64,000 nt of DNA from Camelus ferus (lineage: Eukaryota). Where the stretch lies: the NCBI RefSeq assembly GCF_009834535.1, contig NC_045707.1, positions 62,746,001 through 62,810,000 on the forward strand, written 5' to 3'. The notes beneath the pieces were generated by a model. It saw only the letters and a program-made list of their open reading frames with translations, was not told the DNA's origin and searched no databases. Numbering within the stretch: position 1 is the first letter of the stretch; each line of letters starts with the position of its first letter. Both the position numbers and the translations under genes were made by a program. Below, piece after piece: positions 1-13,640 of this stretch.

Positions 1-2059
1 ATATGTGAACACAAGACTGTCATTTACTGATGTCCAATGTTACATTTCTTGTGTGCCTGCAATTTTTAAATCTTGTAGTTCTTAAAATTATAGGTATGAA
101 AACCACAACCTAAATCAAATCAGAGAAAAAACAATAACTGTGAAATCACTTTCTTTTGGTTTGACTGTCTTGTTTCTACTGATGCTGGAAATGGAAAAAG
201 TTGTAGCGGTTTTATAAATGGTAGAGTAACCTTGATCTTAGAAACAGGAGACTTTAAAGCGTCTCTCCTTACAGAAAAATAATTTTATTTTTAATCTTCT
301 GAAGTGAATGGACTTTAACTTAGGGCATATCAGCAATCAGAATACTTACAGCAATTTCTTTTTAATTGCATGGTTATTCATAAAGATCATCATTTTGATA
401 ATCATAAATATTTCATACAATTTTATATTTCCTGTCTTCTGTGTTTTTAGAAACAAATGTTCTAACATGGCGTATGATACAGTATATTATTGCATATCAG
501 ATAGTGTATGGATTTCTAAGGGTTAAAAATGGTATGAGGAAAAGATAAATAAAAACATAACTAAATGATACCAAGAGGAATAATTTTGCTTTAAACAAGT
601 ACACCAAGTAAATATGTAGAATATTTCCATAATTTAGACTAAAACTTTCCTATTCCTTAAATAATAATTCAACTGTATATTACATCAAGTGATTCAATAT
701 CATGAACACTTCAGAGTGGGGACTCCTTTTGCCAGCTTTCTGAGCTGTGTTCAAACAATGCAGGTACCCTTGTTGCCTAGCACGTAAGACTAAATATGCA
801 AATATTCTGTGTGCTATGGCACTTGAGGGCACCTGGAGATGTGCCATTTGTGCTATTATGATAAGGGCCAGAAGCCAATTTCCTTCAAATCATATTTTTT
901 AAGCTAGAGAGCATTAGCCAGGAGCAGTCAAAATGACAAGGCAGTAAGAATATGAACAGAATGAACATCCGGCAAAGAAGTTTAAAGGAATACGACTGCG
1001 ATAAAAACTGGTAAAAAAAAAAGCTGCCCAGTGATTTAGGTGGTGAACTGTCTTCAAGCTTTAAACACTTTGAGAGAGGGTGTGTGAATTACGGTTCCAA
1101 TTCCGTGGTATTTTTTGAGAGGAGTAGGAATATGACTAGACTGCATTTGCTCATGAAACACTTTCAGATTTGGTCTGGGTGAAATAAAAACGGCATGAAA
1201 ATGTCAGCTGAGCCTCTGAAGATTTAGGGTTTGCGGCTCTGAGATCTAGGTGATGGCAGGTATCAGTAACCCAAGCAGTTCATTTCATTCTCTGATTTCA
1301 TCTTTTCAAGGGAAACTTTTCTAGACATAACTTATAAGAAGAAGAAATAAGAACCCTTTTCTTAATAACCATGCTGTCGAAGACCAATTTAAGTGGAAAT
1401 GCTTAAGTAGGATTTCTAAGGGAAGAAGATTTTAGGGAATCAGTTCAAAAATAGAACTCAAGCCCAAATCCGTAATGCATTCATTTTATTTCTTCTTCAG
1501 CCCATTCATCCAGTAAACATTTTGTCATTGTTCTTTGCTTCAGTATCACTGGCACATTTAAAGGAAGACGTTTATCTTGAACTCTAACCATACTTGGAAC
1601 TGTAGCAAGGTGGTCTTTCCACTTACTGTGATTACTAATTTACAGCAAGGAAGATCAATAGAAATGACTAACTCGGGGTGGGATGCTTTAAAAAAACAAA
1701 TTATTATTACGTAGGGGCCCTTTCACCTTTTGGGCCCCTCAGTAGCAAAAATAAATTCAGGGTTAGGAGAATAAGGAGACTTGAAGAATGAGCAGTTTAC
1801 GGATATGAGGAATCTAGGCATATCCTGTCCCTCAGGCTTGCATGGAAAGTGGTCGAACAAAGTACACTAATTTTTCAAAACAGCATCTATGAAGCAAAGT
1901 AAGAAGGTATCGAGATGTTAGAAGAGTTAGGTAGCACTGGCATTGAAAAATGGCTATTTCGACTTCGGTATATGAAAAATTTGAAACTAGGACAAGTTAG
2001 ATTCCTTGTTACTTTAAAAAATCCTGTTCCCTGTATGTAAGGTCTTCATCAAAGTTCCG

Positions 2060-2300
2060 CCCGAATGTCATGCTTCATGGGAGGGTCCTCAGGTCCCCAT
2101 AGTCCGGAACTACGTTTCCCTGAGTGCCTGTAGTCTTTTATGTGTACCTTTTCCATGAGACTCTCATAAACTACTGAGTCCTGTAACCATTTACACCTTT
2201 CTGTGTACTTCTAGGGAACAGAGACCATATCTTGATATTGTTTTATCCCCAGCACAGGATTTGCACCTATACCGCTTCCTCAGTATTATTTCAATGAATT
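2060..2300 (+). mobile_element. LINE-2 3' end fragment (degenerate)
   Basis: 'ctagggaacagagaccatatcttgatattgttttatccccagcacagg...cagtattatttcaatgaatt' resembles the L2 3' terminus. Confidence 0.55.
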
Positions 2301-4319
2301 AAAATATTTTGTACTTGTTCTTTTTTATAAGAGTGAATACATCTAGAAAACAAAATAGATTCTGTCCCTAAATAATCAAATAAACATCTTCTAAGAATTT
2401 TTTAAAAATCAGAATTAATCTCAAGACTTAGTCAACTAAAGAGAAATTTTCCAGTAATTTATTTAGAAAGTATATTTTTATGTATTTTCTTTTTATATTT
2501 TCTGCTATGATTATTTTTAAAGAGTAGATGTTATATTTTAGTTTTATGTAGTAACATAATGTACATTTTCCAAGCCACTAGATATTCTTCATAAATATCT
2601 TAACGGTAGCAGTCTAATGCATCCTATTGGTACAGCATAATTGACTTGGTTACATTTCCTTGTTGACGTTGAGTTTTACTCTTTCTATGGTGGATATAAA
2701 GAACATTCTACAGATTCAGTGTGAGCTGCAGGAAAATGCTCAGAAGTATGATTGAAATTTCATTTCTTTTGTTCCAAATTCTATATGAAACCTGAAATTA
2801 GATGACCATTTTTAGAAGCTTTATCAAACTTTTCAGCCATATCAAATTGGAACATGAGAAAATACCCAATCATTACCATTTCCTGTGTGACTATATTTAT
2901 TGCATGTACCCTGTGTTTTTGTAGCTCTTAAAAGAAAGGGAGTAAAAGACAACCCATAATTTTATAATAACTAAGTATTCTCATTTATATTTCCTTTATA
3001 TATTTATAAAGGAGATAGTCCAAAACATTTAACAGTGAGGAGGTCAGAAGAACTGATCAATCAAAATAGATGCCTGACCAATGAAATTGGAGTCCTGCCT
3101 TAAAGGACCAGTAGACCCACCTCTGTACAAACCAGCTAAATACCTGGCAACTCTCACAGGTGATTTTTAACACTGATTTCAGGACTCTGTATCAAGTTCC
3201 ACTAATTTTCACCTACTGCATCATTCTTTTCAGACTATTTTAGATCTTGACCATTACTTTATATACACAATGCAAAATACCTCTATTCATGGTAACAGAT
3301 AAACCATTGATTTGACTTTCCTCAGAATGAGAGCTCAAAAGAAACACAAGTGAAGTTCTGGGGGGTTTACTAGTTCATACTCTACCATCAACTCCAATCA
3401 CAAGCACGTGTACCATCCTTGTTCTTCTAACTCCAAGCAAGACTGTGAACTACCATGTGTTTTGCTTAATGATATTCCTAAAGCCCCCTCTCATGTAGGG
3501 CTTCTCAGCAACCTTGGTATCTTCCACATTTTACTATTCTTACTGGGATGTAGGCGGTCTTTACTAGTCAGAGTTGCTCATGCTTATCACATTTATTCCT
3601 CAACTCATTTTTTTTTTATCCTAAGTCAATTTATAGTGTCATAAAATTTGAACAAATTGTATGCCAGGTTTTTTCACACAATTGATCAACACATTTTTTT
3701 ATAGACAAATTACCATACCATCTGCGTGAGCAGTACAAATAATGAATTAACAATTAAATATAGAAATTTATATGCTAAGTATTTTATTTTATAATCTATA
3801 ATCCTTTAAAACATTTTATTACACTTCATATCTTCCCCCAAAATGTTTGAGGATTTGCTATGGCTACCATAAAATGTACTGAAAAATGAGTAACATATAA
3901 ATAGGAAAACCAGATCATGGAGAAAAAATTTAAAAGATGAATACGAATCTGCTAATATGAAGGCTCCTAAAGCTACAAAAAATTAGTTTTCTTGGTATTT
4001 CCAGTGTCCAGCTTAGTATCTGGTATCTAGAAATGATAAATAAGTGTTTGCTATTTTAAAAATGTGCAAAATAGCTCTTCATACAAGTACTATTCATAGC
4101 ATATTCAGCTTTTATTCTAGAGTTGTATTTCCTTGAATTTTCATATTTTAGGAAATAAACCCTTAGGAATTTGTTTAGGAACTGTGTTTTACGAAAAATA
4201 ATTTTTAACCAAATAAATTCTCATTAATGAAGTATGGATTTGCAAAGCAAAGTATTAACTGATGCTATTAATTTATTTCAATAATATTTAATATCATTAA
4301 TTCCAGTACCTTGATTAAA

Positions 4320-4570
4320 GTCATAGAATCTTACAATTAAATTAAGGGAATTTTTTGCTATAGAAGACCTAGAGGGATTGTTCTCCAAACACTGAGTAAA
4401 CAATTCCAGTACTCTAGCAATGTATCTTGCTCGTTTAGAAATATTAAACAGAACCTACTTCATCACCTTTCTACTAGAAAGTTTTCTTTCTGTCTTTTCT
4501 CTAGAGTTTACGTTGAATCTGTCAGCATGTTACAGCCTCTCTAGTTTTGTTCTCTGGAGAAGCTCTGAGT
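4320..4570 (-). mobile_element. CR1/L3-like 3' fragment (ancient)
   Basis: 'tcatagaatcttacaatt...ctactagaaagttttctttctg...ctagttttgttctctggaga' resembles antisense L3/MIR3 3' sequence. Confidence 0.4.
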
Positions 4571-4580
4571 AGGTTCTTAC

Positions 4581-4836
4581 CTGTGTTTGCCAAATCTAGT
4601 TTATGTTCCGAAATCCCGGGAGGTGGTGGTAGTGGATACATTTTAAAGATATAGATATAGATATAGATATAGATATAGATATAGATATAGATATAGATAT
4701 AGATAGATAGATATGTCTCCTTAAATCACATCCTCTGGGGATTCTGATACAGCAGGCCTGGCTTAAAGCTCTGAAATGTGTATTTATAAAGGTTGCCTTG
4801 TTTATACTGATCATCAACCTGCATTGGCAAACACTG
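4581..4836. mobile_element. hAT-Charlie MITE (MER5-like) with terminal inverted repeats
   Basis: The ends ctgtgtttgccaa and ttggcaaacactg are 12/13 inverted repeats. The internal 'ggggattctgatacagcagg...ctgaaatgtgtattt' is MER5-like. The 8-bp flanks gttcttac and gtccgtgc look like a decayed target-site duplication (TSD). Confidence 0.65.
4647..4714. repeat. (TAGATA)n microsatellite inside the MITE
   Basis: Read directly from the sequence. Confidence 0.95.
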
Positions 4837-4958
4837 GTCCGTGCTATCAACTTCGTATCTTAATGATGAAAGCAATGCATTACTCAGGAAGTACATTTGC
4901 TACTGAAATTAGAAAACAGAAAAGAAAACTGAGTTCATCCTAAGTATATATAGACCAT

Positions 4959-4987
4959 GTTTTTTTTTTTTTTTTTTTTTTTTTTTT
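4959..4987. repeat. poly(T) tract
   Basis: Read directly from the sequence. Confidence 0.9.
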
Positions 4988-5559
4988 GAAAAGAGCAGCC
5001 AAAGTGGAAACTTCAGCTTTGTGGGGATACCTTAAGAAACAGATATTCTTTTTTGTGGTCAGCCTATTGTGATCTTGCTTTCTGCAGAATGGGAAGAGAC
5101 TGAAGTGTAATTTTCAATAAAGCTGATTCCACTCAATGTGTATTGTTGAAATAAAACACTCTTCTTCAACAGATGGATTTTGATGACCTTATTAGAAACT
5201 CTGTGGGAAAGACCTTTTGGTGACTAAATCTATAGCTAGTTCCTGATGAAAACTTATTTGATAAATAAACCATTATGAAGTTGAATTGTAAAACTCCAGT
5301 GGCCAGCTGGAATTCCCTCTGTTGCAGTCTTGCCTGAGTCGGTTCACACTAAATTTGCCACAAACATATTTAATAAACAATTCAGGTGCATATCACAGGG
5401 AATATCAAAAAATATTTCAACAAAGTAGGATGAAGAATTAATCAATTTGAGTTCTCCTTTTTTCCCTGACACCAACTGGCTTTACAAAAGCAGGCAAATA
5501 ACCGTATTACATTTATGTTCTTTGCTGGGTTTTGTCTGAAAAATAAAGTAATTAAAAGA

Positions 5560-6750
5560 AACACGTTGATTTATTGAATATATTTTTAAGTTCTTTATTA
5601 TTAGGCATTCTGATAGGTATGAAAGGACTTATAAATAAGATAAAAATAAAGCCCCTAGACCCAGGGGAATATGAGAAATCAAAAGTCATATGTATCAATA
5701 TTTACAATTCAGCATAAAAAGGAATATGTGAAATAGGTGCAAACAGTGCTGTGGAAGTTCTAAGAAGAAAGATGTTATTTTTGCCTTAGGGTCCAGGGAA
5801 GTTTTCTTTGTACTACCACTTGAAGAATAAATAGGATTATCACATGCAAAGTTGGCTGATAGAAGTACTTTATCGAAGGGGAACTTTCTGAGCAAAAGAG
5901 ATAGAATAGATTTGTTTAGGGATAGACAGTTTAGATAAGGTAAGTTTGAGAGAGGTTACAACCATCCTCTGAGACAATATACTAAGGGAATCCACTCAAT
6001 GTAAGGCAACTTCATTACCTGGCATTGGGAGTTCAAATTTTCTAGCAGAAGTAAATATGTATTTAAAAGGACTGAGATGTTGATTGTTCATGAGAGGGAG
6101 GTTGTGTTAATAACTGATTAAGAATGGCTTCAAGATTTTTCAAGTGTGTTAGTGGTTTTCAGGTTTGCCCATCTGATTATTTTATTGACAAATAAAATCT
6201 GATCCATAATATACCAAATAAGTAAAAGGGCAGCTGCTCTAGTTTAGAGAGAGAGAAAGATGGAACCCAGGTCTGTGACCCAGAGCCCCACAGGATGAAC
6301 TGCTGGCTGGATGCTTAGGCACCACCAAGGAACTTTAAGTTTACTCAGAACACAGATTGAAAACTGTGGACAGAGTGACTGAGAACAGAATGACACCAAT
6401 GGCTGAGATCAGATCAGCAAGAGGAGCGAATTAGGGATAGAGGTTAATGAATTTGCTGGTCACACTGAGGTGCCAAATTAACACTCAGGCATAAATGTCT
6501 AAGAGAAGGCAGTTGGAGTGAGAGGTAAGGGGAGAAGTCAAGGAATGAGGAATATCATTTGAAAGGACTGCTGACATTGCAGTGAGAGGTAATATTACCA
6601 GAAAAGGCGCAGAAAGAGAAGACAAATGAGGGAGGACCGAGTCTTAGAGAGTGCAGCAATTGAAGGTGTGGGAAGCAGAAAAGAAGCCTAGAGAGGAACA
6701 GTGAGAGAATAAGGGGTGAAGCCGGCAAATGTCAGGTCAAAGATGCTTGA
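5560..6750 (-). mobile_element. LINE-2 fragments (antisense)
   Basis: 'ttgatttattgaatatatttttaag...aggcattctgataggt', 'cagtgctgtggaagttctaagaag' and 'gaggtgccaaattaacactcaggcataaatgtctaagag' are typical antisense L2 motifs. Confidence 0.6.
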
Positions 6751-9499
6751 ATTACAGCTGATGATGCTCATAGAAAGTAAGGAATGGTATTTTGTTCATT
6801 GGCTGGTTTTGTTTATTTGTACGTTTTTGATAAAGGCATATTCAAAATTTATAACGTTCTTTAAAATATGATATTTATAGCCACAAAATGGCCTGTTAAA
6901 AAAAGACATAACATGTATTTAGAAAACACAGTCTTACTTACTAGACTAATTTGAGCAAATGGAAATATTCCTTCTTGTTTGAACTTGATGCAAAGGAGGC
7001 AGACTATACACCAGTGAAAGTAAAGAGAAGAAACTTAAAAGCAGAAAAACAGACAAACAAACAAACAAAACAACACACCATTACCATCTTGGTTTGTATT
7101 TGATTTACTGGAGTTAGAAACTTTTTCCCCCTATGATTCTGTTGGAGAGCCCAAAATGTTATATATTAAAGGAAATACGATAAAGTTATTAATGGCATTA
7201 TTACTTGGAAAAATTATATCAAATATCTAACAAAAAGTCACGACTAAGTGCTGTAGAGAAGAAAACAAAAAACAAAAAAACTGAAAAATGATACCAGATT
7301 GGAAGATTAGATCAGTGCTGATCACAATTTGAATGATCGCCAAAAGCCTCTGATAGTATATGCATAGCCTCTGACGATATATTTATACATTGGCAATGCA
7401 AATGTTTTCTTTTTATATGTAAAATGTGCATATGTATCTGCCTCTACACACATATATGCACGCACAAGCACACACACTCAGAAATGCTTAATTTCTCTTC
7501 TAAATGGCATGTACTTTCATCATCATTGTATTATATAATAATTTCTGATAAAGTTTTATGAATTTTGAGTGCTTTTCTGATGATAAACTTTACTAGAGTA
7601 ATGCCAATACTACAGATTGTGAGGAATACTGGGTAATTTGTCTGCATTAGCTAAAGATTTTAGAACTGTGTTGATTTTAACTGTTTGTAGTCTTGATAAT
7701 AAAACACTGTTACCAGACTTACCAAGGTGGGGGTGAGATGTATGTCTCCTACTGCATTCCTGAAACTGAAGTGTGATAAGTTTGAAAATGCACTTAAATA
7801 GTTCTAATGTCAAAAGTGAATTTTTCCCCTTGCACATCAGTTCTCTGTTAGATCTATCTTTTCTCCTGCGGGTGGAAATCATGCCATGTGACGTTTTTCA
7901 AAGTGCAGTTTTTGTGCCTCTCCTAATAGATGTTGTGTCTATGGAGTAAATCTTATTATTATTACAGTATTATTCCGTGTTACCTTCGGTCAATACCTCA
8001 ACTGCTTTTTCATAGCGGTGTACTCATATTAAAACTATTATAACTATACATTTTGCATTTAATTCTCTTTCCCAAACAAATTAATACATAGAAGGGACTA
8101 TAGAGCTGCTTTAGAAAAGAGAATAAAATTATCAAAAGAAACAGCATATCAAAAAAATTACATAGAAAATACATATCAATATTCCATATCACAAAATTTC
8201 TGGAAATACTTACCTGAATGTAAAAATACAAGAATGAAAGGCAGCTTAATGTTACTGACCTAAATTAGTCCTAAGTTTTACTGATCAGTTAGAGTATTTA
8301 AAGATATTTCAGAATAAAAATGCTTCCAGTTGGAACCATTTTCACTTTCCTCCATGGCAACAGTAAATTCTCCCGGAGGCAGTGTCTCCTCATCTTCCCT
8401 CGGCTCCACCAACCACCCAAAGCATGTGAGTGCACTTGGCCTCCTGCCAGCTTCACTCTTGGGGATTTTGCTTGTGTGGTTACTCTAGGCAGATGTGTCT
8501 GTGATCTTGAACTTAATACACTGAGAACCCATTGTAGAATCTGTTAATTGTCAAAATACAAGCAAATGCAATCAAAAGCTGGTATGTTTTAGTATACATT
8601 ACATACGTGACGAAAATACAGCAGCTGCACCTGCCAGTAGAGACATGACACAGGTGTGTACTATTAGAAAGAAAATGTATTAAGTACTAAGGAAGTCCTC
8701 CAATTACAAGCTAGAAAAAATGAAAGATGGGAGAGACGGTATTACATTAAAAGCTACATTTTTTCCCCAATTTTCGTTGTAGGCCTATGTGGCACTAGTG
8801 GAGGTGGAACATGAAACGACAACCAGGGAATCATGGGAATAGAGTGTTTCTGATGAAGCCAGCCCATCTCCATATTCTGTGTCCTTCCACAGATAACTGA
8901 GTCTTACAACATCTTACAACATCTATCACATTGCGTCATTAGCCATGTACCCCCTCTTCCAAACAAGGAGTACCTTAGTGGTAGGACAAGGGTCTTTACA
9001 GAAAACAGCCAACCAAGTTCTTGGAATATAGTCGGGGCTCCATAAATGCTCAGTGGATGATTAGAATAGATTGTCACTAATTATCCACCGGACCTCAGTT
9101 TCTCATCTGAGCATGATGTGACTGTCCTAGTCGATGTCTAAGGTGCTTCCTACCATGAAAATACAGGCCAGATGTATGAAATTTTGACCCCAATATCTCC
9201 ATTAACACTACTGACCACCTTTTTTTTTTTTGAAAATTTTATTATTTTGCTCTGATACCTCTCTTCTTTTTTTATCTCTCAGAACAGGTCCTTCTCTTGC
9301 CTTTTCATACTGAATTCCAGTATTCAAAACAACAAAAAATAAAGCTTAATCTGCAGCTGCTTCCTGCTCTCTCCTCATCTATCATCCCCTCCTTGGCATT
9401 GACATATGTTTATCTGATTTCAACTACCAATTGCTTTTGTTCTATTTCAAAGTTTACCTCTCTAGTCTTCAATACACATTGCCAGTAAGAAGTTTTGTT

Positions 9500-9665
9500 T
9501 CTGTAGAGCAGTTTTTGAATTTTGGCATGCTTTTGAATTTCGAGTGTAAATGGGAATAGTGTTTAGTGTCCACCTCAGGGTTGTTGTGGAAATTAAATGA
9601 GATTGTACACATAAAGTGTGTAGCATGGGGCCTGGTACAAAATAAAGAGTTCAAGAAATGAATAT
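9500..9665 (+). mobile_element. MIR SINE (3' half)
   Basis: 'tgtaaatgggaatagt...cctcagggttgttgtggaaattaaatgagat...aaagtgtgtagcatggggcctggtaca'. Confidence 0.75.
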
Positions 9666-11209
9666 GGATGTCTGCACTGGGTACATATTCAATAAGGGCT
9701 TGTACCTTATATGCACCTTGAAACCCATGGTAGTTTTAGATAAAACCTGTAGTAAATGAACTTCAGTGTTATTTGTAACTATGGGAACTGAATTAGGAAA
9801 TAATCTTAGACAATCAATTAATCTTTTTTAATGTTTCCTAAAAGGACCACCTTGGTTCAGCCCATGTAATTTGCTAAAGAAAAAAGTCTATGAGCTGACT
9901 TGGTTTATTTAGGTTTATCTAAAGCCTATTTTAGACAGGAAGCAGTATTTGTGTGACATGATCTCAGGAGACACAATCTATGTGTAAGTATACTTTCTTA
10001 AACTGTTAATAATTGAGGTAGCTTGAATTTCAGTCTAATAGCCTGGATTCAGTGGAGACAGACATTTCTTTTTCAAGTCTTGAAAATTAATAGTTGATAA
10101 GAATGCTATAATATCTGAAATCTAAGGCAGTGTTTCTTTATTCCACTTGAGTCATTTTTGGAGTAATTAGTATTTTTAAATGAAAGTTTATTAACCCATC
10201 ATCCTTGCAAATAAGAAGAGATGATAAAAATACCACCCCGAAAAAGACTTCCAGATCCTTTAAAGCTACATCTTCCCTTTTTATTAAAAATGTGAAACCC
10301 TTTCATGAAGGAATTGTACTAAATATGTTTCAACGCATCATTTCAGAAATATACTTCAATGTATCATTTTAGCAATGGCAAGAGAATTTATAACTTAATC
10401 CATTATGCCAGCACAGGCGAAACTTCCCCAAAATTTGAACATGAAAAACTGTGTTTTGTCAAACACAAAATACAATAAAAACATCCCACAGAGTGGAGCA
10501 CTGGAGAATAATGTCTATTCAGTTCAGGCTTTCACTTTTATTTCTAAAAACATTCTCTAGCCCTCCCTACCACTATAGTATTTCTTTTCCATGCTGTCAA
10601 ACATAGAGGGCAGATATAGTATAGCCTTAATGTTTCAGAACTTTTATAATAAAATATTTCATATTAGACATTTTTCCCCACAACATCATTAAATTTGCTG
10701 CTGAATTGCTATGGGCTTAATACAAATTTAGAAAGCAAAAGGAAAACATACTGCTCCATGTACCATTCTATCAACTGTCAACCATGGGCAAGAAAGCTAA
10801 TGGCAAAAATGCCTTTTTCTTTCTGAACCAAACTCAGTTCACTCAGAAAACACCTTCTGACTCTCAATACGTTAAACTTTTCTTTTCACGTATTTATTAG
10901 AATGCTTACTTAAATTTACTCTGAATTATGAAGATATCAATAGGATAAGAAAAGACTCATGTTTGCCCTCAAGTATTCCAAGGAACAATAGTTAAGAGAT
11001 GTTAATTGACAACTATTTAAAAAGCAATTACAAATGTTTCATATTCAGAAAGGCTTTGGAAACTCTAGGTCAAACAAAATAAAATTGTTTTCTTTACTAC
11101 AAAATATGGAGAGCCTTTAATATGCTAATTTGTGCTATGAATCTCCAAGGTATAAAAAGCAGCATTTCTCAAGAAAAGATAATGGAATCTTTTTTCTTTC
11201 CAGCTAGTT

Positions 11210-11680
11210 TCCATTTATTTATTCATGAATCAAATAATTATTTATGGAGTGTTTACTGTGCTTTCTCTTTTCTCCAGCTTACATTCTTATATGGCAGAGA
11301 GACAGAAGCAGACACACAATTTGTGTTAAATGTTGAGTAAATGGCAGATGATGCAATGAGGAAGGAGGGAGGGAACTTTATAGTCACATGGAATCTCTAT
11401 GGACATGTGATATTTGAGTTGAGACTTGAATGACATTGTTAACCCAGCCCATGAAAAAAGCTGAGAAAGAGAATTCTAGCCAGAGGAAACAGAGGTGAGA
11501 AAGAGTTGTGTGTCTGTGTTATGGAAATAGAATGGAGAATACTACTGCTAGAGAAGAACTACACAGAGGGAGTAAGAGATGAGGTTGGGGAAGGACACAG
11601 ATCATTTATGACATTGTAGGTCATGGTAAGATGTTTAAATTTTATTATAAATGCAACACAAAGCAAATGGCTAGCAATGG
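11210..11680 (-). mobile_element. LINE-2 fragment (antisense)
   Basis: 'tttattcatgaatcaaataattatttatggagtgtttactgtg', 'gatatttgagttgagacttgaatga' and 'ttgtaggtcatggtaagatgttt'. Confidence 0.7.
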
Positions 11681-11692
11681 CCATAGAAGGTA

Positions 11693-11792
11693 ATGAATGT
11701 AAGCTTTCTGAGGGCAGATAAGTTTAGTTAGCCACAGACCCTAGATCGGTGCCTAGCCCATAGTAAGCACTCTATAATTTTTCTTGAATTAA
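11693..11792 (+). mobile_element. LINE-2 3' tail
   Basis: 'gaatgtaagctttctgagggcaga...gtgcctagcccatagtaagcactc...ttcttgaatt'. Confidence 0.65.
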
Positions 11793-13169
11793 GACCCAGA
11801 AAGTGATGAGTCTTAGCTGGAAAACATGGATTTAATATAAAACAAAAATAGGAAGATCCAGTTTGGCAATGGCTCATCACGTGTGAATAATTCATATGAA
11901 CTATTAAAATTTAAAAAGAGTTATAGAAAATGGTTTCAGTGAGAGCTCATTCTGAATATATTTGTATAGTTTATAAATAAATTTAGTCCTGTATTTATAA
12001 AATTATTAAGGGTCTACTGATACTGCTTTCATTTTTCAGATTTATTTCACTGCATTTTATTGGTGAATTAAATCTTACGATACATTTTTAAAAAATATTT
12101 GGAGAGACCCAAAATTCTTAGGATATTTATGTTGTAGATGACTAAGTTCCACTCCATTTGCAAATGGATAATCTCTAAGTAAATGAGAGATTCTCAAGAA
12201 CACAAACTATTCCTAAAACAGATTTTTTAGAAAAATATGTTTTTATTTTAAGTAAAACTTTTTAAAGTTACCTTAAGTTATAGTAACATCCTTTATATAA
12301 ATTTATACATATTTATATGGTAATATTAATATAATTTAGTATGTAAATTTGTAATATGGAGGTAGAGAAAATACCTAATTTCACATTAATACCATCGCTT
12401 ATTTGGTGTTAACATCTTCGGCTAATATTACAATATAATCACATGTACATAAGTGTTTAGTTAATTAGCAATTATCTTATAATTATTACTGTGTTTTTGA
12501 TAAAAGTGATATATGAAAAGGTATTTCAATAGTTTCAGAATCATGAATCTGCTTTTCTTATTAATTATAGATAATTCCAAAGGTTGATTACAAATATAAT
12601 TTTAACTCCTAAATTCATATACTTAATGTTTATTCAAAAGGCACTGTGATTTTTTTTTTAACCAATAGGAAATATAGTTTTAGGGAAAACATTTAAGTGT
12701 TTGGAGGGGAAAAATTTATATTTTATTTTTATGCATACTATAATTTTGGTAGATAAAGATCATCCCAGTTGTGCTAATTTCTAATCACATGCATCTGCCT
12801 TTAAATTTTTTTTGTGTGTATTTAAAATTATCTATATTTTTGACAAATTAGACTCAAATAGTTTAACTTCAGGGTTAATGCTGGTCCAAAGTAAGGTTGG
12901 GACTATAAGCTGTAATTATCACTTTTAAATACCTGAAAAATTTTTTCAAGACCTGTGATAAACAATAAGGTTGCTATATTCACCAAATTCAGAAGGACAA
13001 TTACAAAGCCAAGATCCTAGATTATTATTGAAGTAAAAATGAGCTAAATGACATACAATTTTAAACCCAAAATATTTGAGTTCCATTTAGATATCCTCAG
13101 AGTTTCACTTGGTAGAAAATACCAGGTAGGTCTTTTAACTACCACTACTACTTAAGTAGTTATTACAGC

Positions 13170-13325
13170 TAGTCATGTCATTTGAATACAGGAGACAATT
13201 TTAACATCGACTGATCCTGAATGTGGGTCATGGCAAAGTCTTAGAAATAAGAATAATAATTCCTACACCCAAAAGTTGTTGTGAAGTTTAAATTAAAATA
13301 AATTATGTGTTATGCACTTTGTGTA
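13170..13325 (+). mobile_element. MIR SINE fragment
   Basis: 'aataattcctacaccc...gttgttgtgaagtttaaattaaaataa'. Confidence 0.45.
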
Positions 13326-13540
13326 TTTTAGATTTATTATTATTATTAATATTATTATTAAATGAAACAACTAGCTAATAGGATCTAGGACCTTCTGCTT
13401 TTCAAATAGTTGCTTGAGTATGGAAGAGACACACATTGTCAAAGTCCTTCAGTGATGCTTTCTATGCAGTTATTCCTGGGAACAAAGAAATTCTTGTGGA
13501 GCTGATAGTGCCTACTCTCCAGTATAGCATCTACTCGTCG

Positions 13541-13640
13541 CACACACATACATACATATATACACATACATACATATACAAGCACACAGATATAATATGT
13601 CCATGTATCCATTATATCTATATGTAAATATATATACAAG
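13541..13640. repeat. (CA/TA)n compound microsatellite
   Basis: Read directly from the sequence. Confidence 0.85.

Noticed and set aside
1713..1740. Hairpin aggggccc...gggcccct
   Set aside because: An 8-bp stem is expected by chance in 64 kb and it has no context.
4575..4645. Minus-strand mini-exon MYPLPPPPGISEHKLDLANT ending at CAG|GTAAG
   Set aside because: It lies within the MITE and its donor is formed by the MITE terminus; no other support.
4596..4850. ORF with ISISIS repeat
   Set aside because: It is the translation of the (TAGATA)n microsatellite inside a MITE.
5080..5230. Plus-strand acceptors (tttctgcag, cttcaacag) as coding exons
   Set aside because: Frames close quickly or end at weak donors, and the peptides are unrecognised.
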